Assembly (NCBI GenBank): GCA_964513775.1 | Contig: CAZEOI010000006.1 | Span: 2,175 to 66,174 of the forward strand | DNA from: an uncultured Sangeribacter sp. | GTDB taxonomy: Bacteria > Bacteroidota > Bacteroidia > Bacteroidales > Muribaculaceae | Direction: 5' to 3' | DNA: 64,000 nt | Shown: piece by piece, positions 28,890-39,185 of the stretch | Position numbering within the stretch: the first letter of the stretch is position 1 | How the letters are laid out: each line of letters opens with the position of its first letter | The notes under the pieces: generated by a model | Told to the model about the DNA's origin: nothing | Database searches by the model: none | The model's input: the letters and a program-made list of their open reading frames with translations, nothing else | Made by a program: the position numbers and the translations under genes

Positions 28890-30107
28890 ATGGAAAATAA
28901 AATTAAGCTCGATTCTATCGAAGACGCTATAGAAGACTTCCGTAAAGGAAAGATGATAATCGTGGTGGATGATGAAGATCGCGAGAATGAGGGCGATCTG
29001 ATTATCGCTGCGGAGAAAATCACCCCTGACGATGTGAATTTCATGCTGAAAAACGCTCGCGGAGTGTTGTGCGCTCCTATCACCAACGAACGTTGCCGTC
29101 AGCTCGATCTTCCCCATCAGGTCGCCGACAACACCTCCGTGTTGGGTACCCCGTTTACTGTGACCGTTGACAAGCTTGAGGGTTGCTCCACAGGTGTGTC
29201 GGCTGACGACCGTGCCGCAACAATACGGGCTCTTGCCGATCCATCCTCTACTCCGGAGACATTCGGTCGTCCCGGACATATCAATCCCCTTTATGCGCAA
29301 GACCGTGGTGTGATTCAGCGTTGCGGGCATACTGAGGCTGCCGTAGATTTCGCACGTCTCGCCGGTCTTCAGCCTGCCGCCGCACTCATGGAGATCATGA
29401 GCGACGATGGCTCTATGGCCAGGCTTCCTGAGCTCCGTCGTCGTGCCGACGAATGGGGAATGAAGCTTGTGAGCATCCGCGACCTGATAGCCTATCGCAT
29501 GAAAAACGATTCTATCGTGGAGATAGGAGAGGAGGTCGACATGCCTACTGAATATGGTCATTTCCATCTTATCCCTTTCCGCCAGAAAGATAATAACCTT
29601 GAGCATATTGCCTTGATAAAGGGTGATGTGGCCGACGGCGAGCCTGTGCTTGTGCGTGTTCATTCATCGTGTGCCACAGGTGATATATTCGGTTCCTACC
29701 GTTGCGAATGTGGCGAACAGCTCCATCTTGCCATGCAGATGATCGAGAAGGAGGGGAGAGGGGCCGTGATATACCTCAATCAGGAGGGTCGGGGCATAGG
29801 CCTTATGGATAAGATCAAGGCTTATAAGCTTCAGGAGAACGGTCTGGACACGGTTGACGCCAATCTGCATCTCGGCCACAAGGCGGATGAACGCGACTAT
29901 GGCGTTGGCGCCAATATCCTCCATGCTCTCGGCATCCGCAAGATGCGCCTTATGACCAACAATCCGGTTAAGAGAATAGGTCTCGAAGGCTACGGACTTG
30001 AGGTGACGGAGAATGTGCCTTTGGAGGTGGAGCCAAACAAATATAACCGCTTCTATATGCATACGAAGAAGGAGCGTATGGGCCACGATCTGCATAAGGT
30101 GGACTAA
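28890..30107 (+). CDS. ribBA: Bifunctional DHBP synthase / GTP cyclohydrolase II
   Basis: [44 protein letters not shown]. Confidence 0.97.
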   Translation: MENKIKLDSIEDAIEDFRKGKMIIVVDDEDRENEGDLIIAAEKITPDDVNFMLKNARGVLCAPITNERCRQLDLPHQVADNTSVLGTPFTVTVDKLEGCSTGVSADDRAATIRALADPSSTPETFGRPGHINPLYAQDRGVIQRCGHTEAAVDFARLAGLQPAAALMEIMSDDGSMARLPELRRRADEWGMKLVSIRDLIAYRMKNDSIVEIGEEVDMPTEYGHFHLIPFRQKDNNLEHIALIKGDVADGEPVLVRVHSSCATGDIFGSYRCECGEQLHLAMQMIEKEGRGAVIYLNQEGRGIGLMDKIKAYKLQENGLDTVDANLHLGHKADERDYGVGANILHALGIRKMRLMTNNPVKRIGLEGYGLEVTENVPLEVEPNKYNRFYMHTKKERMGHDLHKVD

Positions 30108-30178
30108 CCGTCCGGCTCGCCACGCTTCCCATATTATCGCATTATCCATGTATCCATTTATATAACCACCAGCATCAC

Positions 30179-32956
30179 ATGAAAAATACTCTGCTTGCAC
30201 TTTCCCTGCTTGCCGGAATAGCCACGGCCTCCGGTGAGAAGAAGGTGCTTGACCATACCGATTTCGACCGTTGGGAGAAAGTAACCAACAATTCTATTTC
30301 CAACAACGGAGTGTGGGTCTCTTATGCGGTTAACCCGCAGGAGGGGGATGGCACTCTCTATTTCTATAATACGGCCAAAGGCAACAAGATCGAGATCAGA
30401 CGTGGCTATCGCCCCGCTTTTACGGCTGATGGAAATTGGGCATTCGCTCTGATCCGTCCGCTCTATGAGGAGACCCGTTCGGCAAAGATAGCCAAGAAAA
30501 AAGACTTTGATCTGCCTCAGGATTCTCTTGCCATCATCAACCTGAAGACAGGAAAGGTGAGCAGAGTGGGCCATATAATTTCATATAAGATCGGAACCGA
30601 GGGTGGTCAGAGCGTGGCTTGGCTTTCATGTGACACGGCGCTGATCAAGCCTAAAGCACTGAAAAATAAAAAATCAGGTAGGCCGCTGGTGGTGCGTAAC
30701 CTCTCCAATGATTCCCTCCGTGTTATCAATTGGGTAAGCGAATATGGTTTCTCCAAGAATGGTGACCATCTATCTTTCAATCTGAAAAAATCCGACACGG
30801 ATACCCTCGCTACGAACGGAGTGGGAGTGCTCGACCTCAATAGTTTCTCCTACACGCTTATTGACCGCGACAAGGAGTTCTACACTCTTCCGGTGTTTAA
30901 TGAGGCAGCCACCCAGGTGGCTTATATCGCCTCTCTTGACACTGTCAAGACGGGCACAAAACGAGCATCCCTTTATCTATCGGATATAAATTCCGGCAAT
31001 CATGATCCACGTGAGATCAGTCTTAACGCTTTCAAGTCGGAAGATAAGAAGGGTGTTGATCTCCTCCTCAATCAATATTCAAAACCCTCATTCTCTCACA
31101 ATGGTAAGCGCCTTATAGTAGGTGTGGCTCCCTATGTTGCGCCTGATGACACTACGATCGTAAGTTTTGAGACCCCCACTCTCGACATATGGCGTTGGGA
31201 TTCTCCATACACTCCCCCGCAGGAGAAAAATCGTGTAAAGGAGCTTAGGGAGCAGACCTTCCCGGTGGCCATTGATCTCTCAAGCGGACGTCAGATTCTT
31301 GTTACTTCCAATCCTCTCGCAAGAGTGCATCCGGCCGACCGCTGGGATGCCGATTGGGTTATGATATCAGATTATTCGGAACATGGCCATGAGAGGCAGT
31401 GGAATTATCAGTATCCGGTAAGTCTGAGGCTGAAGAATATCTCCACAGGAGAGGTGCGTGAGGTTGCCACTGTGCCCAACGAGCTTTACCGTATCTCTCC
31501 GATGGGTAAATATGTGGTGTGGTTTGCCGACCGTCAGTATCATGCATATGATCTTGCCACAGGTCTTACTCATGAGATCAGCACCAAGGTGCCCTATCCT
31601 TTGTGGGATGAAGAGCAAGACACTCCCGGCCATCTCCGCGATCCCTATGGAATAATGGGTTGGAGCGAGCAGGATGGCCGGATGATGGTATATGACAAGT
31701 ATGATATCTGGAGCCTTGATCCTAAGGGGGAGACGGAACCTTTCTGTCTCACTGCCGGAGAGGGGCGCCAGTCTGATCTCCGTCTGCGAAATATCCAGAC
31801 AGATCCGGATTTCCGCTTCTTCAAGAGCAATGATCGTCTCGTGTTGTCGCTTTTCAATTATAAAGATAAGCGCAATGGTCTCGGCTCGATGACCTACACC
31901 GGGAAATCTGTGGCTCCCAAGGTAGATTTTCTTGATCAATATACGTTCACTCAGTTGGCGAAGGCTAAGAATGCGCCGGAATACAGCTGGGTTCAGGGCA
32001 ATTTCCATACCTCGCCTAATGTCTACGTCTCAGCAGGTCTCAATCCCTCGAAAACTGTGAGAGTGAGCGATTCCAACCCGCAGATGGCCGACTATCGTTG
32101 GGGCAAGGCGCAGCTCTTCACCTGGTACACCTATCAGGGCAAACCGGCCGAGGGTGTGCTTTATCTGCCGGATGACTTCGATCCGGATAAATCATATCCG
32201 ATGATATCCTATTTCTATGAGACCTATACACAGGATCTTTATCGCCATTACGATATGGAACCCTCATGGAGCTGGATCAATTTCCCCTTCTATGTAAGTC
32301 GCGGATATGTGATTTTCGTGCCCGATATCCACTATGCCCCCGGAATCCCCGGAGAAAATGCCTACGACTATGTATGCTCCGGTGTGGAGGCCGTGTGCAA
32401 GGCTTATCCGAATGTCGATAAGAAGCGCGTCGGTATCGACGGTCAGAGCTGGGGCGGTTATCAGACAGCCTTCCTCGTGACCCGCACGGATATGTTTGCC
32501 TGTGCAGGGTCGGGAGCGCCGGTTTCCAACATGACATCTGCATTCGGAGGTATCCGCTGGGGCTCCGGTGATTCACGTCAGGCGCAGTATGAGGTAGGCC
32601 AGAGCCGCATCGGTCGTAATCTTTGGGAGGCCCCTGAGCTCTATATCGCCAATTCCCCGGTGTTCCATGCCGACAGGGTACATACCCCTCTGCTGATCAT
32701 GGCCAATGATGAGGATGGTGCGGTGCCCTGGTATCAAGGCATAGAGATGTTTATGGCCCTGCGCCGTCTCGACAAGCCGGTGTGGATGCTTCAATATAAC
32801 GGAGAGGCCCACAATCTGAAGGAACGCCGCAACCGTAAGGATATCACGAAGCGTCTTCAGCAATTCTTCGATCATTATCTGAAAGGAGATCCGATGCCTC
32901 GCTGGATGGAGGAGGGCATACCCGCCATACGTAAGGGTCAGGACTTCGGCTATTGA
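30179..32956 (+). CDS. Exported S9 (prolyl oligopeptidase family) peptidase
   Basis: Signal peptide, propeller region, GQSWGGY, DGAV, EAH catalytic motifs. Confidence 0.92.
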   Translation: MKNTLLALSLLAGIATASGEKKVLDHTDFDRWEKVTNNSISNNGVWVSYAVNPQEGDGTLYFYNTAKGNKIEIRRGYRPAFTADGNWAFALIRPLYEETRSAKIAKKKDFDLPQDSLAIINLKTGKVSRVGHIISYKIGTEGGQSVAWLSCDTALIKPKALKNKKSGRPLVVRNLSNDSLRVINWVSEYGFSKNGDHLSFNLKKSDTDTLATNGVGVLDLNSFSYTLIDRDKEFYTLPVFNEAATQVAYIASLDTVKTGTKRASLYLSDINSGNHDPREISLNAFKSEDKKGVDLLLNQYSKPSFSHNGKRLIVGVAPYVAPDDTTIVSFETPTLDIWRWDSPYTPPQEKNRVKELREQTFPVAIDLSSGRQILVTSNPLARVHPADRWDADWVMISDYSEHGHERQWNYQYPVSLRLKNISTGEVREVATVPNELYRISPMGKYVVWFADRQYHAYDLATGLTHEISTKVPYPLWDEEQDTPGHLRDPYGIMGWSEQDGRMMVYDKYDIWSLDPKGETEPFCLTAGEGRQSDLRLRNIQTDPDFRFFKSNDRLVLSLFNYKDKRNGLGSMTYTGKSVAPKVDFLDQYTFTQLAKAKNAPEYSWVQGNFHTSPNVYVSAGLNPSKTVRVSDSNPQMADYRWGKAQLFTWYTYQGKPAEGVLYLPDDFDPDKSYPMISYFYETYTQDLYRHYDMEPSWSWINFPFYVSRGYVIFVPDIHYAPGIPGENAYDYVCSGVEAVCKAYPNVDKKRVGIDGQSWGGYQTAFLVTRTDMFACAGSGAPVSNMTSAFGGIRWGSGDSRQAQYEVGQSRIGRNLWEAPELYIANSPVFHADRVHTPLLIMANDEDGAVPWYQGIEMFMALRRLDKPVWMLQYNGEAHNLKERRNRKDITKRLQQFFDHYLKGDPMPRWMEEGIPAIRKGQDFGY

Positions 32957-32991
32957 AGTTTAAACAACTTCATTGATAAAAACAGACCACA

Positions 32992-34317
32992 TTGAATCTG
33001 AACAAAGAGATACTGAGGCTGAGCGTGCCGGCAATCGTGAGCAACATCACGGTGCCGCTGCTCGGCCTCTGTGACACTGCCATATCGGGCCATATGGGCT
33101 CGGAGATCTATCTTGCAGCCATTGGCGTAGGCTCGACAATGCTCAGCGTAATTGTCGGGCTCCTTGTGTTTCTGCGTATGGGCACCACCGGACTCACCGC
33201 CACAGCTTTTGGAGCAGGCGATGAGAAGATGGTTGAGAAGGTATTCTCAAGAGCCTTCCTGCTTGGCCTCGGATTGGGAGTGTTGCTCGTTGCCCTCCGT
33301 GATCCTGTCATGGAGCTTATGCTTGCTGTGATAGGTCCGGATGATGAGGTGCGTGGGTATGCGGAGAGTTATTTCACGGTGAGGATCTGGGGGATGCCGG
33401 CCATGTTTGCCGTGATGTCGGTGAGTGGATGGTTTGTCGGTATGCAGTCTACGGCTGCCCCCATGGCCATAGCCATCATTATGAATGTGCTCAATATTAT
33501 TCTGAGCTATCTCCTCGTGTTTCATACAGGCGTTGGTTTTACAGGGGTGGCTTGGGGAACGGCCGTGTCAAACTGGATCGGATTGGTGGTGGCTTTGGTA
33601 TGGGCTGCGTGGTTCCGCAGAGGGAAACCTCTCTTCGGCTCTCTCCGCGATCTCTTCAAGGGTGGAGGGATGTCGAAATTTTTCAGTGTCAATACAGCCT
33701 TGTTCCTTCGATCCGCCTGCATAATGAGTGTGAGCATGGGCGTCACCTCAGCCGGTGCGCGTATGGGAGCCCTCACGATGGCCGTGAATGTTGTGATGAT
33801 ACAGTTTTTCATCTTCTTCTCCTATTTCATGGATGGTTTCGCATTCAGCGCCGAGGCCCTCACCGGACGCTACTATGGCGCCGGCAGTCTCGAACGCCTG
33901 CACATGAGTGTCAGGGCTCTGTTGCGGTGGACTTTGGGCGTGGCCGTGCTCTTTTCTGTCATCTACACATTCGGATCCTCTTTGGTGGCTGCCCTGCTCA
34001 CTGATACGCAGAATGTAAGAGAGGGAGTGGCGGATATGAGGCTGTGGCTCACCATGCTCCCCTTGCTCTCTGCCTGGGCTTTCATCTACGATGGCTTTTT
34101 TGTGGGCATAACGAAAACCGACAGGATGATGTTGGCAACCTTGGTGGCATCCGTTGTTTTCTATATAGTGGCTTTCCTCAGAATCAGCCCCTCCGGATTG
34201 ATGTGGGGAGTGCCGGACAACAATACGCTCTGGACTGCGTTTCTTAGTTATCTAACCTTGAGAGGAGCGATACTTGCCGTAATCTGGAGATTTCAGAAAC
34301 TAAACACATATTTATGA
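32992..34317 (+). CDS. MATE family efflux transporter (DinF-like)
   Basis: PAIVSNITVPLLGL.DT, FLRMGTTGLT, YFMDGFA; TTG start. Confidence 0.93.
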   Translation: MNLNKEILRLSVPAIVSNITVPLLGLCDTAISGHMGSEIYLAAIGVGSTMLSVIVGLLVFLRMGTTGLTATAFGAGDEKMVEKVFSRAFLLGLGLGVLLVALRDPVMELMLAVIGPDDEVRGYAESYFTVRIWGMPAMFAVMSVSGWFVGMQSTAAPMAIAIIMNVLNIILSYLLVFHTGVGFTGVAWGTAVSNWIGLVVALVWAAWFRRGKPLFGSLRDLFKGGGMSKFFSVNTALFLRSACIMSVSMGVTSAGARMGALTMAVNVVMIQFFIFFSYFMDGFAFSAEALTGRYYGAGSLERLHMSVRALLRWTLGVAVLFSVIYTFGSSLVAALLTDTQNVREGVADMRLWLTMLPLLSAWAFIYDGFFVGITKTDRMMLATLVASVVFYIVAFLRISPSGLMWGVPDNNTLWTAFLSYLTLRGAILAVIWRFQKLNTYL

Positions 34318-35204
34318 TAAAATTTGTAAACGCTAAGATAAATATCGGACTTAATGTCGTGGCGAAGCGCGAAGATGGCTATCACGACATTGAGACTGTA
34401 TTCTTTCCTGTTGGCATCGAGAGCGGGATGCCTCAGCAACCGGAACCTTTTGACGACATACTTGAGCTGAATCTTGAGAGAGGGAAGCAATCGGGATGCC
34501 GCTTTCAGTTGATGGGGCGTCGCTTGAACTGCGACCCTCAGAAAAATCTTGTGGTGAAGGCTGCCACCATATTCCTTCATTCCTATTATGAAAAATATGG
34601 AACAGAAGGGGAGCAGGGACTCTTCAACATCATTCTCGACAAGCATCTTCCCGACGGAGCCGGACTCGGAGGGGGAAGTGCCGATGCCACATTCACCCTT
34701 GTCTCTCTCAACGAATTGCTTGGTGAGCCATTCTCACATACCGAACTCGCCCGTATGGCACGTAAGTTAGGTGCCGACTGTGCGTTCTTCCTGCTCAATA
34801 CTCCCGCATTTGCCGAAGGAATAGGAGAGGAGCTTAACCCTGTCGAGATTGACCTCAGTGGCAATTGGCTGCTTATCGTGAAGCCGCCGGTTTCGGTGTC
34901 AACAAAAGAGGCTTTCGGTGGGATAGTGCCGAAGAAGCCCGATTTCGACCTCCGTTTTCTCCATTATCTCCCTCTTGACCAATGGAGGGGGAAGGTGGTG
35001 AATGATTTCGAACATACCATCTTCCCGCTGCATCCGGAATTGGGCGAGCTCAAAGATTCAATCTACTCTCATGGGGCGGTCTATGCCTCGATGTCAGGCA
35101 GTGGAAGCTCGATTTACGGAATTTTCAGCGATGGGGAGCTGGCGAGGAAAGCTTCTGAAGAATTTCGGTCAACCTATGAGGAGGTTTGGTTGTTCAAATT
35201 ATAG
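34314..35204 (+). CDS. ispE: 4-diphosphocytidyl-2-C-methyl-D-erythritol kinase
   Basis: AKINIGL, GYH.IET, P.GAGLGGGSAD, MSGSGS. Confidence 0.96.
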   Translation: MIKFVNAKINIGLNVVAKREDGYHDIETVFFPVGIESGMPQQPEPFDDILELNLERGKQSGCRFQLMGRRLNCDPQKNLVVKAATIFLHSYYEKYGTEGEQGLFNIILDKHLPDGAGLGGGSADATFTLVSLNELLGEPFSHTELARMARKLGADCAFFLLNTPAFAEGIGEELNPVEIDLSGNWLLIVKPPVSVSTKEAFGGIVPKKPDFDLRFLHYLPLDQWRGKVVNDFEHTIFPLHPELGELKDSIYSHGAVYASMSGSGSSIYGIFSDGELARKASEEFRSTYEEVWLFKL

Positions 35205-35340
35205 AGAGTTGTGTTCAGGCATTGTCAGTCATTTATTCAGTAGAGGTCACTACCACACAGTGATTATTCTCTGAATAATGTGGCCTTAGCCGGCGACGAT
35301 GCAGACGCCTCGGAAATTTCCGACCGTTTTTAACACAATT

Positions 35341-35355
35341 TGGCTTGATATTTGA
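35341..35355 (+). promoter_or_regulatory. Possible sigma54-like -24/-12 promoter of grpE-dnaJ
   Basis: TGGCTTGATATTTGA = GG-N10-GA, a near match to GG-N10-GC. Confidence 0.3.
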
Positions 35356-35381
35356 ATATAATAAACCAAACAACATCCATT

Positions 35382-35996
35382 ATGGGAAATAATAAAGATA
35401 ACTTTTATAAAGAAAACAACGGGGCTTCAAACCCCGAAGAAGAGGATATGACAGTTGCCCGCGACGAGGAAGCAAGGGCTGAAGAGGTGCAGGAAGGTGC
35501 AGAAGTCGAGCAGGCGGAGACTGAAGATGAACTGACTATTCTTGAGAAGAAGGTGGTTGATCTTGAGGCTCAGGTTGAGAAGGAGAAGAAAGAATATCTT
35601 TTCCTCATGGCCGACTTCGATAATTTCCGCAAGCGCACTCTCAGAGAGAAGAGCGAGCTTATCAGGAACGGAGGCGAAAGTGTGCTCAAGGGCATTCTTC
35701 CGATCATGGACGACTTTGAGCGCGCCATCAAAGCTTCCGAGACGAGCGATGATAGCGAAGCTATGAAAGAGGGCATGAACCTCATCTATCAGAAGCTCCA
35801 GAAGTTCCTTCAGCAAAACGGCGTGAAGGAGATGGATCCTGCCGACGACACATTCGACACCGAGAAGCATGAGGCCATATCTGTGGTGCCCGTGCCCGAC
35901 GAGGATAAGAAGGGAAAGATTCTCGACACGGTGCAGAAGGGTTATACGATTAACGATAAGGTACTCCGCCATGCCAAAGTGGTGGTTGCACAGTAA
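35382..35996 (+). CDS. grpE: Nucleotide exchange factor GrpE
   Basis: ADFDNFRKR, LPIMDDFERA, HEAI, QKGYTINDKVLRHAKVVV. Confidence 0.96.
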   Translation: MGNNKDNFYKENNGASNPEEEDMTVARDEEARAEEVQEGAEVEQAETEDELTILEKKVVDLEAQVEKEKKEYLFLMADFDNFRKRTLREKSELIRNGGESVLKGILPIMDDFERAIKASETSDDSEAMKEGMNLIYQKLQKFLQQNGVKEMDPADDTFDTEKHEAISVVPVPDEDKKGKILDTVQKGYTINDKVLRHAKVVVAQ

Positions 35997-36014
35997 AAGC
36001 AATATATCAGAGTT

Positions 36015-37223
36015 ATGGCAGAGAAAAGAGATTACTATGAAGTGCTCGGGGTCTCTAAAGGGGCCACGGCAGACGAGATAAAGAAGGCCTATAGAAAGAT
36101 GGCCATAAAATATCACCCCGATAAGAATCCGGGCGATAAAGAGGCCGAGGAGAAATTCAAGGAGGCGGCTGAGGCTTACGATGTGCTCAGCGATGCCGAC
36201 AAGAGAGCCAAATACGATCAATTCGGCCATTCCATGGGGCCGCAGGGCTTCGGCGGCGGTGGAGGCGGCGGCTTCTACAGCAGCGGAGGCATGTCGATGG
36301 AGGATATCTTCGCCCATTTCGGCGACATCTTCGGAGGTCGCATGGGTGGCTTCGGAGGTGCTGATTTCGGCGGTTTCGGAGGTGCTACAGGTCGCCAGCC
36401 CAGACAGCATGTGAATAAAGGCACCGACCTCCGCATCACTGTTAAGGTGACGTTGAAAGATATAATGAACGGCGTCGACAAGAAACTCAAGATTCCGCGT
36501 CTCGTTGCATGTCCGCATTGCAAGGGCACCGGCGCCAAAGATGGCACAGCCTTCAAGACCTGCCAGCGTTGTCATGGCACAGGCTATATCTCACGCGTGC
36601 AGCAGACCATGTTCGGAGCCATGGAGAGCGAGAGCGTATGTCCTGAATGTAATGGTGAGGGCAAGGTTATTTCTGAAGAGTGCAGCTATTGCCACGGTTC
36701 CGGCGTAGAGAAGAAAGAGGAGATTGTAAGCTTCCATATTCCTGCCGGAGTGGAAGATGGCATGACCCTCACTTTGCGCGGACAGGGTAATGCCCCGCGT
36801 CATGGTGGTGTCAACGGCGATCTTCTCATCGTGATTCAGGAGGAGAAGGATCCCGATCTTATCCGAGACGGAGACGACATCATCTACAACCTGATGCTTG
36901 ACTTCCCGACAGCCGCTCTCGGTGGCACAGCCGAGGTGCCCACAGTCGATGGACGAGCCAGATTGAAGATTGCTCCGGGCACACAGCCCGGCAAGGTGCT
37001 CCGTCTGCGAGGCAAAGGTCTGCCCCAGATGAACAGCAGTGTGAAGGGAGATCTTCTTGTCAACGTGATGGTTTATGTGCCGGAGAATCTTACGGATGCT
37101 GAGAAAGCCGCCGTAGAGAGTCTGAAGGATCAGCCCAATGTGGTTCCGACAGAATCGACATCGAAGCGCATCTTCTCCCGCTTGCGCCACATCTTCAACA
37201 AAGAGAATCGCGGCGTAGACTGA
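36015..37223 (+). CDS. dnaJ: Chaperone DnaJ
   Basis: J domain with HPD, G/F-rich region, four CxxCxGxG repeats. Confidence 0.98.
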   Translation: MAEKRDYYEVLGVSKGATADEIKKAYRKMAIKYHPDKNPGDKEAEEKFKEAAEAYDVLSDADKRAKYDQFGHSMGPQGFGGGGGGGFYSSGGMSMEDIFAHFGDIFGGRMGGFGGADFGGFGGATGRQPRQHVNKGTDLRITVKVTLKDIMNGVDKKLKIPRLVACPHCKGTGAKDGTAFKTCQRCHGTGYISRVQQTMFGAMESESVCPECNGEGKVISEECSYCHGSGVEKKEEIVSFHIPAGVEDGMTLTLRGQGNAPRHGGVNGDLLIVIQEEKDPDLIRDGDDIIYNLMLDFPTAALGGTAEVPTVDGRARLKIAPGTQPGKVLRLRGKGLPQMNSSVKGDLLVNVMVYVPENLTDAEKAAVESLKDQPNVVPTESTSKRIFSRLRHIFNKENRGVD

Positions 37224-37432
37224 TAATCAGATATAAGACATTATAAAAATAAAAGTACGGTGTGTGAAGCAAACTCGCTTCATGCGCCGTATCTTTTTTA
37301 TATTTAGGAATAGCGTAAGTCTAATAGGACTTATAAAAAGGCAATAAAAGAGATATTTTCGTGTTTATTTAAAGTAGGATTATATCTCTCCTACCTCTCT
37401 TCTTTATTCCTATTTTTCAGCTAATCGTACAG

Positions 37433-38656
37433 ATGAATATTTCGACCAAGTATATTGTCAGCTTATACTTCGCTGCCGCCGGAGGCCTTTTTTCGGCGGC
37501 AGCGCAGAACGACATAAAAGACAACGACTTCAATCCCGTCAACACCGGTGTCACCACCCTCAGCATCACCCCCGATGCCCGTGGTTCCGGCATGGGTAAT
37601 CTCGGTGCCGCCACTGATCCGGATATCAACTCGCAGTTCTGGAACCCCTCAAAATACGCTTTTGCATACAGTAGCGGAGGTCTCGGCATATCCTACACTC
37701 CCTGGCTCCGCAAGATTGTAAACGATATATTCCTTGCCGACATCTCCGGTTATTATAAACTCGGAAGCGGCGACAATCAGGCTCTCTCGGCATCATTCCG
37801 CTATTTCTCGCTCGGAGAGGTGTCGATGAGTGAAGATGGTGGACTCGGAGTGGTGCAGACCATCAATCCCTATGAGTTTGCCATCGACTTAGGTTACTCC
37901 AGAAAACTCTCTGAGAAGTTCTCCATGGGCGTCGTATTGCGATATATTCTTTCCGATCTCGCATATGACGATGCTTATTCAGGAGAGTCGAATACTGCCG
38001 CGAGTGCTTTCTCTGTCGATCTCTCAGGTTATTACGTCACATATCCTATGGTCGGACGCAATGAATGTCAGTTCTCGTGGGGTTTCGATATCTCCAACAT
38101 AGGTACGAAGGTGAGCTATGACCATGGCGCCAACTATGCCTACCTTCCAACCAACCTCCGACTCGGCACACAGTTCATGTTCCCTCTTGCCGATTACAAT
38201 ACACTCGCAATCGGTCTTGACCTCAATAAGCTTCTCGTCCCCACCATGCCGAGGGAGAAGGATTACGACATGACCACAATCGAAGGTCAGACAGAATATG
38301 AAGAGGCAAAGGAGAAATGGGAGACAATGTCGCCTATCACCGGCATTTTCAAAAGCTTCTCGGATGCTCCCGGAGGCTTTTCTGAGGAGCTAAAGGAGAT
38401 CAACGTCTCGATCGGTGGCGAGTATGCCTACAACCAGCAGTTTTTCGCCCGTATGGGCTACAATTATGAGAACGCCATGAAGGGAGGCCGCAGTTATTTC
38501 ACATTCGGAGCCGGTTTCTCCCTGAACGTGGTGCGTCTTGATGCATCATATATGCTTGCCACTGCTCAGAGTTCACCACTCGACCAGACCCTGCGTTTCA
38601 CCCTCTCGTTCGATATGGAGGGATTGCAGGATCTCCTTGGCAAACGTCGCAGATAA
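37433..38656 (+). CDS. porV: Type IX secretion system outer-membrane protein PorV
   Basis: LSITPDARGSGMG, WNPSKYAF, SYTPWLR, PTNLRLG, SPLDQTLRF; upstream of ispF. Confidence 0.93.
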   Translation: MNISTKYIVSLYFAAAGGLFSAAAQNDIKDNDFNPVNTGVTTLSITPDARGSGMGNLGAATDPDINSQFWNPSKYAFAYSSGGLGISYTPWLRKIVNDIFLADISGYYKLGSGDNQALSASFRYFSLGEVSMSEDGGLGVVQTINPYEFAIDLGYSRKLSEKFSMGVVLRYILSDLAYDDAYSGESNTAASAFSVDLSGYYVTYPMVGRNECQFSWGFDISNIGTKVSYDHGANYAYLPTNLRLGTQFMFPLADYNTLAIGLDLNKLLVPTMPREKDYDMTTIEGQTEYEEAKEKWETMSPITGIFKSFSDAPGGFSEELKEINVSIGGEYAYNQQFFARMGYNYENAMKGGRSYFTFGAGFSLNVVRLDASYMLATAQSSPLDQTLRFTLSFDMEGLQDLLGKRRR

Positions 38657-38669
38657 TTCATAAAAACAA

Positions 38670-39158
38670 TTGACAGACAACGCTATGTTTAGAATAGGAC
38701 AAGGTTATGACGTTCATCGTCTTGTAGAGGGTCGCGAGCTATGGATATGCGGCCTTCATCTCCAACACACTCACGGACTTCTCGGCCACAGCGATGCCGA
38801 TGTGGCCATCCACGCTCTTTGCGATGCTATATTGGGCGCGCTGGCTCTGCGTGATATAGGTTATCATTTTCCCGATACTGATCCGAAATATAAAGGAGCC
38901 GACAGCAAGGTGCTTCTCGCAGAGGTATGCCGCATGATGAGAGAGAGGAATTATGAGATCGGAAATGTAGATCTCACGATTATGGCCGAGGCTCCGAAAT
39001 TCAAACCCCATATCGAGGCCATGTGTGCCAAACTCGCGGAGGTTATGGAGGTGGAGGTGGAGCGTGTGTCGGTGAAAGCCACCACTACCGAAGGACTCGG
39101 TTTCACCGGTCGCCGTGAGGGTATCGCCGCCAATGCCGTAGTGCTTTTAGAAAAATAA
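38670..39158 (+). CDS. ispF: 2-C-methyl-D-erythritol 2,4-cyclodiphosphate synthase
   Basis: RIGQGYDVH, GHSDADV, DIG.HFPD, KATTTE.LGFTGR.EG. Confidence 0.97.
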   Translation: MTDNAMFRIGQGYDVHRLVEGRELWICGLHLQHTHGLLGHSDADVAIHALCDAILGALALRDIGYHFPDTDPKYKGADSKVLLAEVCRMMRERNYEIGNVDLTIMAEAPKFKPHIEAMCAKLAEVMEVEVERVSVKATTTEGLGFTGRREGIAANAVVLLEK

Positions 39159-39185
39159 TAACAAATATTTAGGGAGACCTTTCAA

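Noticed and set aside
35205..35381. CIRCE/HrcA operator upstream of grpE-dnaJ
   Set aside because: No TTAGCACTC-N9-GAGTGCTAA match was seen.
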